DNA of 24,413 bases from positions 1-24,413 of the IMG/VR virus record IMGVR_UViG_3300025519_000039; one strand, given 5' to 3'. The notes beneath the pieces were generated by a model that worked only from the letters and a program-made list of their open reading frames with translations, ran no database searches and had not been told where the DNA came from. A program made the position numbers and the translations under genes. This document shows positions 7,795 to 16,146 of this stretch, in pieces. The number at the start of each line of letters is the position of its first letter. Positions within the stretch are counted from its first letter, which is position 1. Source of the stretch: a virus (lineage: Duplodnaviria; Caudoviricetes).

Positions 7795-8355
7795 ATGAGT
7801 CAAGAAATCGAACGTGAATTAGGTTGGGATGATGAAATAGAAGAAAGTGGTCCGGAGTTTGTCTTACTTCCAGAAGGTGAATACAATTTTACGGTTGAGA
7901 AATTTGAACGCAGCCGCCATCAAGGCAGTGCAAACTTGCCTCCTTGTAATATGGCTATTCTTACCTTAAAAATAAACGGTGGGGAACACGGTGAAGCAAC
8001 TGTTATTCATCGATTATTCTTGCATTCCAAAACAGAAGGCTTCTTATCTCGATTTTTTGAATCGATTGGGCAGAAAAAAGAAGGAGAACGAATTCGTATG
8101 AATTGGAATGCTGTTTTTGGAGCAAAGGGTAGATGCAAGTTAGAAATCAATACGTATATGAAAGATGGTCAGGAGCGAAAAAATAATCAAATTAAATCAT
8201 TTTTACCATACTCGGAATATCTAAAACATGCAGGAAGTGGACAGATTAGAACACCGTTACAACAACCACTTCCAACAGACCAAACAATGCAGCAACCATT
8301 TCCAACTAATACACCACCGCAACAACAAGGCGGATTTGTGCCAGGGCAATTTTAG
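7795..8355 (+). CDS. DUF669-like phage single-stranded DNA-binding protein
   Basis: FVLLPEGEYNFTV motif, OB-like core, P/Q-rich tail ending in F; adjacent to the Sak4-like gene. Confidence 0.75.
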   Translation: MSQEIERELGWDDEIEESGPEFVLLPEGEYNFTVEKFERSRHQGSANLPPCNMAILTLKINGGEHGEATVIHRLFLHSKTEGFLSRFFESIGQKKEGERIRMNWNAVFGAKGRCKLEINTYMKDGQERKNNQIKSFLPYSEYLKHAGSGQIRTPLQQPLPTDQTMQQPFPTNTPPQQQGGFVPGQF

Positions 8356-8365
8356 GAGGTAAACT

Positions 8366-9949
8366 ATGGAACTTAGAGATTATCAACAAGATGCCCGTGA
8401 ATCTATTCAAGCAGAATGGGACAAGGGTATTAAAAAAACTTTACTCGTATTACCAACAGGTACAGGCAAAACAATCGTTTTTAGTAAGGTTATTGAAGAC
8501 AGAGTTAAAAAGGGCGAGCGTGTTCTCGTCCTTGCCCATAGGGGCGAACTCTTGGAACAGGCAGCAGACAAGTTAGAAAAAGCAACTGGTTTAAAATGCG
8601 CCACTGAAAAAGCAGAACAAACTTCATTGGGTAGTTGGTATCGTGTAGTCGTTGGTAGTGTGCAAACATTGATGCGTGAAAGTAGATTAGAACGATTTCA
8701 AAAAGACTTTTTCGACACAATCATCATTGATGAAGCCCATCACTGCATATCAGATAGTTACCAGCGTGTATTAAATTATTTTGAAGATGTAAATGTATTA
8801 GGTGTAACTGCTACACCAGACAGAGGAGATATGAAGAATCTAGGCTCCTACTTTGAATCATTAGCATACGAATACACGCTTCCCAGAGCCATAAAAGAAG
8901 GTTATCTATCACCAATCAAAGCATTAACCATTCCTTTGAAATTAGATATATCACAAGTCACTCAATCAGCTGGTGACTTTGCAGCTGGACAACTTGGAAC
9001 AGCATTAGATCCATATCTGGAATCTATTGCTGATGAAATGTGGAAAGTAGCTAAAGATAGAAAAATAGTTGTTTTTCTTCCACTTGTAAAAACAAGCCAA
9101 AAGTTCACTGAAATTTTAAATCAAAAAGGCTTCCACGCAGCAGAAGTAAACGGAGAATCTAAAGACCGTGAACAGATATTAGAAGATTTTAATAAAGGTA
9201 AGTATAACGTACTTTGTAATTCCATGCTTCTGACTGAAGGCTGGGATTGTCCTTCCGTTGATTGTGTAGTAGTTCTTAGACCGACAAAAGTAAGAAGTTT
9301 ATACAGCCAGATGGTTGGGCGTGGTACCCGACTTCATCCTGGTAAAACTGAATTGTTGCTACTTGATTTTCTTTGGCATACAGAAAGGCACGAACTATGT
9401 CATCCAGCACATTTGATTGCCGATAATGAAGAAGTTGCTAAAGCCATGACCAAGCAAATTGAAGAGGCTGGAGTACCGCTTGATTTGGAAGTAGTCGAAA
9501 AACAAGCAGAAGAGGATGTTATCGCTCAACGTGAAGAAGCATTGGCCAAACAGTTAGCGGAAATGAGAAAACGAAAACGCAAACTAGTGGATCCATTGCA
9601 ATTTGAAATGAGTATCCAAGCTGAGGACCTATCCAGTTACGTACCAACTTTTGGCTGGGAAATGGGACCACCAAGTGAAAAGCAGAAAAAAACATTAGAA
9701 AAGCTTGGAATTCTACCAGATGAAATCGAAAATGCTGGGAAAGCTACTAAACTATTAGAACGATTAGAGAGACGCCGTGAACAAGGGTTAACTACTCCTA
9801 AGCAGATTCGTTTCCTTGAAGGTAGAGGTTTCCAACACGTAGGCACCTGGTCGTTTGAAGCAGCTAAAAAGTTAATCGATCGTATTGCAGCTAATGGATG
9901 GAGAAATCCACCAGAAATAAATCCTAAAGAATATAGACCGGAGAGTTAA
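8366..9949 (+). CDS. Superfamily 2 DEAH helicase
   Basis: ELRDYQ, LPTGTGKT, IIDEAHH, TATP, LTEGWD, QMVGRGTR. Confidence 0.95.
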   Translation: MELRDYQQDARESIQAEWDKGIKKTLLVLPTGTGKTIVFSKVIEDRVKKGERVLVLAHRGELLEQAADKLEKATGLKCATEKAEQTSLGSWYRVVVGSVQTLMRESRLERFQKDFFDTIIIDEAHHCISDSYQRVLNYFEDVNVLGVTATPDRGDMKNLGSYFESLAYEYTLPRAIKEGYLSPIKALTIPLKLDISQVTQSAGDFAAGQLGTALDPYLESIADEMWKVAKDRKIVVFLPLVKTSQKFTEILNQKGFHAAEVNGESKDREQILEDFNKGKYNVLCNSMLLTEGWDCPSVDCVVVLRPTKVRSLYSQMVGRGTRLHPGKTELLLLDFLWHTERHELCHPAHLIADNEEVAKAMTKQIEEAGVPLDLEVVEKQAEEDVIAQREEALAKQLAEMRKRKRKLVDPLQFEMSIQAEDLSSYVPTFGWEMGPPSEKQKKTLEKLGILPDEIENAGKATKLLERLERRREQGLTTPKQIRFLEGRGFQHVGTWSFEAAKKLIDRIAANGWRNPPEINPKEYRPES

Positions 9950-9952
9950 TCT

Positions 9953-10108
9953 ATGAAAAAAATTTATGTACAAGATTATTTAGTGAAAAACGTTGATGGG
10001 GAGAAGCTTCAAGTTGTTAAAACATATGAATCTAAGCCACGACGATTTGATTATATCTTTTGGTTAGATAACAAATGTCATGATCATAAGGAGGATAATA
10101 TCAAATGA
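9953..10108 (+). CDS. Small hypothetical protein (51 aa; not in ORF track)
   Basis: MKKIYVQDYLVKNVDGEKLQVVKTYESKPRRFDYIFWLDNKCHDHKEDNIK*; GGAG upstream; ATGA overlap with next gene. Confidence 0.55.
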   Translation: MKKIYVQDYLVKNVDGEKLQVVKTYESKPRRFDYIFWLDNKCHDHKEDNIK

Positions 10109-10341
10109 AAAACACATTAGCTGATTTAAATAATCATCTTTTCGCACAACTTGAACGTCTAAATGATGAAGATTTGAAAGGGGAAGAATTAAAAGAAGAG
10201 ATTAACCGCTCAAAAGCAGTTATGGGTATTGCGAAAAACATTATAAATACGGGTCATTTAGTACTTCAAGGTCAAAAATTTATGGATGAAAGATTAGGTA
10301 CTGACGCTAAACTACCGAAAATGCTCGAGGGTGATAAGTAG
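10105..10341 (+). CDS. Conserved small phage protein preceding the HNH gene
   Basis: MKNTLADLNNHLFAQLERLNDEDL..EEL.EEI.R.KAV; RBS AAGGAGG. Confidence 0.8.
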   Translation: MKNTLADLNNHLFAQLERLNDEDLKGEELKEEINRSKAVMGIAKNIINTGHLVLQGQKFMDERLGTDAKLPKMLEGDK

Positions 10342-11147
10342 TGCCACGTAAAATATGGACGGAAGAAATGTATCGATATCTCCGGGAGATTTCTCCCGGT
10401 AGGTACAATACCGAAATCGCCGAGATGGTAAATAAAAAATTTGGGTTTGATTTCACGATAGAGCAAATAAGGAACGCTAAAAGTAGAAAAAAAATAAAAA
10501 GCTGTGTTTCGAGGCATAAACCGAATCCTGATGAAGGGCTGTTTAACGCAGAACAAAAAGAATTCATAAAAAATAATGTAAAAGGTTTATTTAATCAAGA
10601 ACTGGCCGACTTGGTAAATAAAAAATTCAAACTTTCTGTCACTGCTGAACAAATACGGATATATAAGCAAAATCATAATTTAATCAGCGGTATAAATACT
10701 CAATTTAAAAAAGGACATAAACCATGGAACAAAGGTATGAAAGGGCTGCAAATAGGTGGTAAGGAAACACAATTTAAAAAAGGACAAAGTCCTATTAACT
10801 ATATGCCTATAGGTACTGAGCGAATTGATAGTAAGTATGGATATACGCTAGTTAAAGTTCGGGATGACGGCCCTCTACAAGGTAGGTGGAAACATAAGCA
10901 TGTTGTCTTGTGGGAAAGCGTAAATGGTCCAGTTCCAGCAGGTTATGTTGTTGCTTTTGCCGATCAAGACAAATCAAATATTACTTTAGAGAATTTAATA
11001 CTTGTTTCTAGGAAACAGCTTGCTCTTATGAATAAGAATGGTTATTTCCAAAAAAATGCGGATTTAACAAAAACTGGTCTTGTAATGGCAGACATCCATT
11101 TAAAAATAGGCGAACTGAAAAGAGTTGTGACATATGGAAAAAACTAA
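10341..11147 (+). CDS. HNH-like endonuclease / DNA-binding protein
   Basis: Two N-terminal helical repeats, two TQFKKG motifs, C-terminal H..LWE..NGPVP.G..V.F.D.DK.N...ENL.LVSR. Confidence 0.8.
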   Translation: MPRKIWTEEMYRYLREISPGRYNTEIAEMVNKKFGFDFTIEQIRNAKSRKKIKSCVSRHKPNPDEGLFNAEQKEFIKNNVKGLFNQELADLVNKKFKLSVTAEQIRIYKQNHNLISGINTQFKKGHKPWNKGMKGLQIGGKETQFKKGQSPINYMPIGTERIDSKYGYTLVKVRDDGPLQGRWKHKHVVLWESVNGPVPAGYVVAFADQDKSNITLENLILVSRKQLALMNKNGYFQKNADLTKTGLVMADIHLKIGELKRVVTYGKN

Positions 11148-13362
11148 ACTAGATTTAATTAAGTTACTAGATTATATAGATCCATCAATGCTGGAATATC
11201 AAGAATGGTTGAATGTCGGTATGGCCCTAAAACACGAGGGCTATACTGCAGCAGACTGGGATGATTGGAGCAAACGGGATGAGCGAAGATACCATCCCGG
11301 GGAATGCTTCAAAAAGTGGACATCATTTGAGGGTAGTGGCATTACTGGTGCCACTATCACTCAAATGGCCAAAGATAACGGATGGGAACCAAAAAGAAGC
11401 AAAGAAGAATACGAATTGTCCTGGGACGATGAAATATCAGGTAACGATGATTATGTCGTTATTGATAAAAATTGGATTGAAGGAATGGAGATTCAAGAAC
11501 CGACAAATTGGAATCCGGTTCAGGAAATCATCCGATATCTGGAAACGCTATTTGAATCGACTGAAAATGTTGGTTACGTTACAGAAACATGGGAAAAAGA
11601 CGGCAAATATTTACCTACTAAAGGAGCATACGACCGTACAGCTGGCCAATTAATCCAAGAGTTATCCAAATGTAACGGAGATATAGGGGCTGTTTTAGGC
11701 GACTACAATCCGGAAGCAGGAGCATGGATACGTTTCAATCCATTGGATGGAAAAGGTGTTAAGAATGAGAATGTCACTGATTTTAGATATGCGCTAGTAG
11801 AATCAGACTCGATGGATTTAGAAAAACAAAATGCTATTTTACGGGAATTAGAACTTCCTATTGCTGTCCTTGTTTATAGCGGAAAGAAAAGCATTCATGC
11901 AATCGTAAAAATAGATGCTGCCAATTATGAAGAATACAGAAAGCGTGTAGATTATCTATATGATGTTTGTAAAAAGAATGGATTAAAAATAGATAGCCAA
12001 AACCGTAATCCTTCTCGGTTATCAAGAATGCCTGGTGTCGAACGTAACGGTAAAAAACAATTTATTATTGATACCAATATCGGCAAAAGCAATTGGGAAG
12101 AATGGCATGAATGGATTGAGGGTATAAATGATGATTTACCTGATCCGGAAAGTTTAAAAGATTATTGGGACCATATGCCGGACCTTGCACCACCACTTAT
12201 CGAAGGGGTACTCAGGCAGGGGCATAAAATGCTAATGGCAGGGCCGTCTAAGGCTGGCAAATCATTTGCCTTAATTGAGTTATCCATTGCGATTGCGGAA
12301 GGGGTTAAATGGATAGGTTGGCAGTGTACCCAAGGGAAAGTATTATATGTCAATTTAGAGTTAGATCGTCCAAGTGCTTTACATCGTTTTAAAGATGTTT
12401 ACCAAGCGTTAGGCATCCAACCAAAAAACATAGGAAATATCGATATTTGGAACCTGCGTGGGAAGTCGGTGCCAATGGACAAGCTGGCTCCTAAATTAAT
12501 CAGACGAGCTCAGAAAAAGAATTATATTGCGGTTATTATTGACCCTATTTATAAAGTCTTAACGGGTGATGAAAACAGCGCTGATCAAATGGCTCACTTT
12601 ACAAATCAGTTTGACAAAATCGCTACAGAATTAGGTTCTAGTGTTATCTATTGTCACCATCATTCTAAAGGGACACAGGGCAATAAGAAATCAATGGATA
12701 GGGCGAGTGGTTCAGGCGTATTTGCCCGGGATCCCGATGCCCTGATTGACCTGGTTGAGTTGGAGCTTACCGATGCCCTAATCAAGCAACAAGAAGGTAA
12801 AGTAGTAGCTGAAATATATGCAAATGCCATTAAACAAGTAAACTTTGACTACTATGATGAACACATTGGTCCAGATGATGAACAAAGTGTTTTCCAAATG
12901 GTTGAACATGCAAAACGTGTACTTTCGCAAGAACAGCTGGCACAAGTAGAATCAGAAATTGCTAAAGCTGTAAAAAGTATTCGCATAAGGTCAGCATGGC
13001 GCGTTGAAGGAACATTACGTGAGTATCCAAAGTTTGAGCCTGTTAATATGTGGTTTCAGTATCCTATCCACAAAGTTGATGATACAGGGATATTAAAAGA
13101 CATCGAGCCAGAAGGGAACCTACCTCCGTGGAAGAATGCCATGAATAAACGCAAGGATCCGGACAAAAAGAAACAAGAACGTATAGAAGCATTAGAAATG
13201 GCCTTCGAAGCGTTAGACGATGGCAAAAACCCCGTGACAGTCTATGACTTGGCTGAATATATGGGAGTTAACGATAGAACTGTTTGGCGAAGAATTAAAG
13301 AACATGGTGGATTTAAATCTGAGCGTAGGGAAGGCAAAACTAGCATAATCACGAAAAAATAA
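11134..13362 (+). CDS. Primase-helicase replication protein (PriCT-2-like + primase-like + AAA_25/RepA helicase + C-terminal HTH)
   Basis: YQEWLNVGMALK...WDDWS...ECFKKW; LVESD...YSGKKSIHA...NPSRLSRMPG; Walker A GPSKAGKS; IIDPIY; HHHSKG; SGSGVFARDPD. Confidence 0.88.
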   Translation: MEKTKLDLIKLLDYIDPSMLEYQEWLNVGMALKHEGYTAADWDDWSKRDERRYHPGECFKKWTSFEGSGITGATITQMAKDNGWEPKRSKEEYELSWDDEISGNDDYVVIDKNWIEGMEIQEPTNWNPVQEIIRYLETLFESTENVGYVTETWEKDGKYLPTKGAYDRTAGQLIQELSKCNGDIGAVLGDYNPEAGAWIRFNPLDGKGVKNENVTDFRYALVESDSMDLEKQNAILRELELPIAVLVYSGKKSIHAIVKIDAANYEEYRKRVDYLYDVCKKNGLKIDSQNRNPSRLSRMPGVERNGKKQFIIDTNIGKSNWEEWHEWIEGINDDLPDPESLKDYWDHMPDLAPPLIEGVLRQGHKMLMAGPSKAGKSFALIELSIAIAEGVKWIGWQCTQGKVLYVNLELDRPSALHRFKDVYQALGIQPKNIGNIDIWNLRGKSVPMDKLAPKLIRRAQKKNYIAVIIDPIYKVLTGDENSADQMAHFTNQFDKIATELGSSVIYCHHHSKGTQGNKKSMDRASGSGVFARDPDALIDLVELELTDALIKQQEGKVVAEIYANAIKQVNFDYYDEHIGPDDEQSVFQMVEHAKRVLSQEQLAQVESEIAKAVKSIRIRSAWRVEGTLREYPKFEPVNMWFQYPIHKVDDTGILKDIEPEGNLPPWKNAMNKRKDPDKKKQERIEALEMAFEALDDGKNPVTVYDLAEYMGVNDRTVWRRIKEHGGFKSERREGKTSIITKK

Positions 13363-13363
13363 T

Positions 13364-13623
13364 GTGTGACAAAAACAGAAAATGTCTCACTTGTCATTAA
13401 TCCTATAAGTGTGACAAAAACATTAAAGTACGTTTATGTCTCACTATGACAATTATATGCGACAAAAACATTTTTTCTTGTTTTTGTCGTAGGAGGACAA
13501 AAACACTATATAAATATATATTTTTTTCTGTCACACGTGCGTGTGTAGTCGTGTGGGTGTAGTCGTGTGGGTGTAGTCGTGCGTGAGCAAGCACGACGAC
13601 CTACAACCACACACTAGACTACA
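13364..13623. repeat. Iteron-, palindrome- and tandem-repeat cluster: putative phage replication origin
   Basis: GACAAAAAC at 13368, 13413, 13461, 13496 and inverted at 13480; ATGTCTCACT twice; AT-rich tract 13507-13527; 14-bp GTGTAGTCGTGTGG x~3 (13543-13584). Confidence 0.75.
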
Positions 13624-13686
13624 AGGGCCAAAAGTTTAAAATAACAAAACGTAATAATTACGATTTAGAAAGGCGGGTGATCTTTA

Positions 13687-13860
13687 ATGAGAAATAAGTA
13701 TCCAGGTTATTGCTACAGGTGTGGAGGATACGTTGGAAAAGGAGAAGGTCATTTTGAAAGAAAAAAAGGTTACTGGCGATTGCAGCATGCAGAATGCGCT
13801 ATTAAATATCGAGGTACCAATGTACAAGGTAATGGAGTACGACCGGAGGTGAGTAAATGA
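13687..13860 (+). CDS. Small CxxC...HxxC putative zinc-finger protein (57 aa; not in ORF track)
   Basis: MRNKYPGYCYRCGGYVGKGEGHFERKKGYWRLQHAECAIKYRG...; RBS AAGGCGGGTGA; ATGA overlap with rusA. Confidence 0.7.
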   Translation: MRNKYPGYCYRCGGYVGKGEGHFERKKGYWRLQHAECAIKYRGTNVQGNGVRPEVSK

Positions 13861-14255
13861 CGACTGAATTCTTTATGCCGATGAAAAAAGTTCCAACCGT
13901 AACTCATCAAACGAAAAAAGTCCGTGTCGTTAATGGTAAACCGATGTTTTATGAATCAGCTGACTTAAAAGCAGCACGTTCTAAATTGATGGCACATTTA
14001 GGCCAGCATGTTCCGGAAAAGAAATATACAGGACCAATTAGATTAATTACAAAATGGTGCTTTCCTATCACAGGTAAACATACTGACGGCGAGTATAAAT
14101 ATACCAAGCCAGATACAGATAATCTACAAAAACTATTAAAAGACTGTATGACCGATTGTGGTTACTGGAAAGATGACGCTTTAGTAGTTTCGGAAATTAC
14201 AGAAAAGTTTTGGGCAAACGTCCCAGGTATTTATATAAAAATCGAGGCGATTTGA
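13857..14255 (+). CDS. rusA: RusA-family Holliday junction resolvase
   Basis: TKPDTDNLQKLLKDCMT..GYWKDDALVV catalytic pattern. Confidence 0.9.
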   Translation: MTTEFFMPMKKVPTVTHQTKKVRVVNGKPMFYESADLKAARSKLMAHLGQHVPEKKYTGPIRLITKWCFPITGKHTDGEYKYTKPDTDNLQKLLKDCMTDCGYWKDDALVVSEITEKFWANVPGIYIKIEAI

Positions 14256-14473
14256 TGGACTACCAAAAGTTTTATAACGAAGTCGTGGATTGGATAAATA
14301 CTGCAAATCAGATGGCCATGAAATATGGTTTAGATAGTATGGACTTTTGGAACTGGGTTACGTATTCAACCGGTGAACTGGGGAAGAAGTACAACAATCA
14401 TCCATTGGTAATCAGGCAAATGGCCATGTTATACGATTGGCTAGATGATATTTATGCGGAAAAGGAGATGTGA
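14255..14473 (+). CDS. Hypothetical phage protein
   Basis: TGATG coupling with rusA, GAGG upstream; MDYQKFYNEVVDWIN... Confidence 0.7.
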   Translation: MDYQKFYNEVVDWINTANQMAMKYGLDSMDFWNWVTYSTGELGKKYNNHPLVIRQMAMLYDWLDDIYAEKEM

Positions 14474-14712
14474 AAAATATGGTCGAGAACAAAATGACCT
14501 TTGACAAGCATATGTTTAAGAAGCATGCGCCTTTAGATATTAAAAAACTATTATCATCACATGTCGACAATCTGGATGGTAAAGAAGTCGTATTTAACAA
14601 AGAAAAATTCGGGATTATAACTGAATATGAAGTGGATGGGCAGCTGTTTTACTTATATCCAGTATCAAAAGATTGGTGCACGAATGGGGATGATAAAAGT
14701 GAGAAAAGTTAA
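14470..14712 (+). CDS. Hypothetical phage protein
   Basis: RBS AAGGAG; GTGA overlap with the previous stop. Confidence 0.65.
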   Translation: MKNMVENKMTFDKHMFKKHAPLDIKKLLSSHVDNLDGKEVVFNKEKFGIITEYEVDGQLFYLYPVSKDWCTNGDDKSEKS

Positions 14713-14860
14713 ATTCACTATCTCATTGGGGTTAGTCGGTTGTCGTAGGGAAGATGTAATCGAGTTTGAAGATGACACAACAGACGAAGAAATTCAACAA
14801 GCATATACAGATTGGATGTACGAACAAATTGACGGTGATTGGGAAGAGGTGGAAGAATGA
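14690..14860 (+). CDS. Small acidic hypothetical phage protein (start uncertain: 14684, 14690 or 14699)
   Basis: RKVKFTISLG.VGC.REDVIEFEDD.TDEEI...Y.DW; ATGA coupling to the next gene. Confidence 0.65.
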   Translation: MIKVRKVKFTISLGLVGCRREDVIEFEDDTTDEEIQQAYTDWMYEQIDGDWEEVEE

Positions 14861-15288
14861 ACGTTGCAGCAAAACCAAGAAAAGTTACGTTTAAACATGC
14901 AGAAGCAGAATGGTATAACTACTATCACACGTTAAAAGAGATTGCCAGACTACGAGAAGAAATCATGTCACCTTTCCGGGATGAAACTGACGAGAACAGG
15001 GGCGGCGGAAAGTCCAATATTCCCGGAAAGCCAACAGAACGAATTGCGACTAGACTAGCAACAAACAAAAAGCTGGAGTATTTAACAGAGATTGTTGAGG
15101 CAATCGAACAAGTTTACAACGCATTGCCGGACGACTATAAAAAGTTGGTAAGGTTGAAATACTGGAACCGCAATAAAAGGCTGACGTGGGAGGGAATAGC
15201 CGGGGAATTGCATGTAAATCGAGCAACGGCTATGCGTTGGAGAGATAGCATCATTCAAGCGACAATTGAACTTCTTGGATGGAGATAA
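14857..15288 (+). CDS. RinA/ArpU-family late transcription activator
   Basis: GGGKSNIPGKPTERIA...IEQVYNAL...LVRLKYW...TWEGIAGELHVNRATAMRWR; last gene of the early module. Confidence 0.88.
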   Translation: MNVAAKPRKVTFKHAEAEWYNYYHTLKEIARLREEIMSPFRDETDENRGGGKSNIPGKPTERIATRLATNKKLEYLTEIVEAIEQVYNALPDDYKKLVRLKYWNRNKRLTWEGIAGELHVNRATAMRWRDSIIQATIELLGWR

Positions 15289-15293
15289 AAAGT

Positions 15294-15337
15294 TGCGACT
15301 AAAATGCGACTTTTGACGTCTAAAAAAGTGCTAATAT
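15294..15337 (+). promoter_or_regulatory. Putative RinA/ArpU-dependent late promoter
   Basis: Direct repeat TGCGACT at 15294 and 15305 (11-bp period) just after the activator stop; TGcTAATAT at 15329-15337 with no correctly spaced -35. Confidence 0.55.
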
Positions 15338-15447
15338 GGTAATGTGGGCGAAATGGTAGAAACCATTAAAACCCGCAAAAAATAAGCTGTTGACGAGTCT
15401 AATTAGTCTTTTATTTGTCCCTTTTATGAAGGACTTGGCCAGTTGCA

Positions 15448-15485
15448 AGTCGCCTAGGTTGTGGATAACTTAGGCGACTCTTTTT
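15448..15485 (+). terminator. Intrinsic terminator
   Basis: AGTCGCCTA-GGTT-GTGGAT-AACT-TAGGCGACT then CTTTTT. Confidence 0.75.
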
Positions 15486-15575
15486 ATCGTGTTTTCCTCC
15501 TTTTCTTTATATAGATTAGGTCATTGTGGGAATGTAATCCTCGTAAAGGCGTGTGGGCGGGACGCAGGGGATAAA

Positions 15576-15616
15576 GAAGGAATTTCTTTCTTTTTGCCGA
15601 ATACAGTTGTTATAAT
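15576..15616 (+). promoter_or_regulatory. Tandem sigmaH-like and extended -10 sigmaA-like promoters for the lipoprotein gene
   Basis: GAAGGAATT (15576-84), 11 bp, GCCGAATAC (15596-604); TGtTATAAT (15608-16). Confidence 0.6.
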
Positions 15617-15641
15617 TGACAAAAAGGAGGAAATGAAAAGC

Positions 15642-16130
15642 ATGAAAAAATTCCTTTCAATTGTTTTTCTTTTGGTTTTAGCGGCTTGTTCGGGACAACA
15701 AAACGAGCTAGATAATTTTGTCAAAGCGTACAATGGAAATGTTGATGGTTCACTAAACGCCATTGACAAAAATGAGATTGATGAAATCAGAGAGGAAGAA
15801 AACGGTAAATGGCAACAGATAGTAAAAGAAGATGGGAAGTATACCATCGAGGCAAAATATGACGAGGATAATAACATTATCGGGTATCATATCGGGATTG
15901 ATGACGCTGAATCTTATGAAACCATGAAGGGCGAAGGTTTCAAAGCTTCAACAGCGATAATTAAAGCACTTGATTTAGATAGCGATAAGTACATTGAGGG
16001 ATACGTACAAGCCATGGAGAACGGAGAGTATTCGTATGAAGACGGTGCTTATAGTATATCATTTTCAGATATGGTGATAGCGGATGATCACACCGGGCTA
16101 TATATAAACTTTGACAAAGCATCTCAATAA
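15642..16130 (+). CDS. Acidic lipoprotein (moron)
   Basis: MKKFLSIVFLLVLAAC signal peptide with lipobox LAAC; RBS AAGGAGG; own promoter and terminator. The upstream extension in the ORF track is probably untranslated. Confidence 0.85.
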   Translation: MKKFLSIVFLLVLAACSGQQNELDNFVKAYNGNVDGSLNAIDKNEIDEIREEENGKWQQIVKEDGKYTIEAKYDEDNNIIGYHIGIDDAESYETMKGEGFKASTAIIKALDLDSDKYIEGYVQAMENGEYSYEDGAYSISFSDMVIADDHTGLYINFDKASQ

Positions 16131-16146
16131 AATGAGGTGCTTTTTT
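16116..16146 (+). terminator. Intrinsic terminator of the lipoprotein moron
   Basis: AAAGCATCTCA-ATAAAA-TGAGGTGCTTT plus T-run; overlaps the stop codon. Confidence 0.75.

Noticed and set aside
13543-13584. 14-bp tandem repeat as a CRISPR array
   Set aside because: Repeats are contiguous and too short, with no spacers and no cas genes.
13403-13594. 63-aa minus-strand ORF over the repeat cluster
   Set aside because: It is a translation of the repeats (HDYTHTTTH) with no RBS.
15340-15450. GTGGGCGAAATGGTAGA resembling a tRNA D-arm
   Set aside because: No correctly spaced anticodon arm, T-arm or acceptor stem.
15460-15468. Perfect DnaA box (TGTGGATAA) in the terminator loop
   Set aside because: I noticed only a single copy, and one AT-rich 9-mer in 24 kb is plausible by chance.
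15489-15641. N-terminal extension of the lipoprotein ORF
   Set aside because: The RBS and signal peptide point to ATG 15642, and the extension spans promoter and hairpin sequence.
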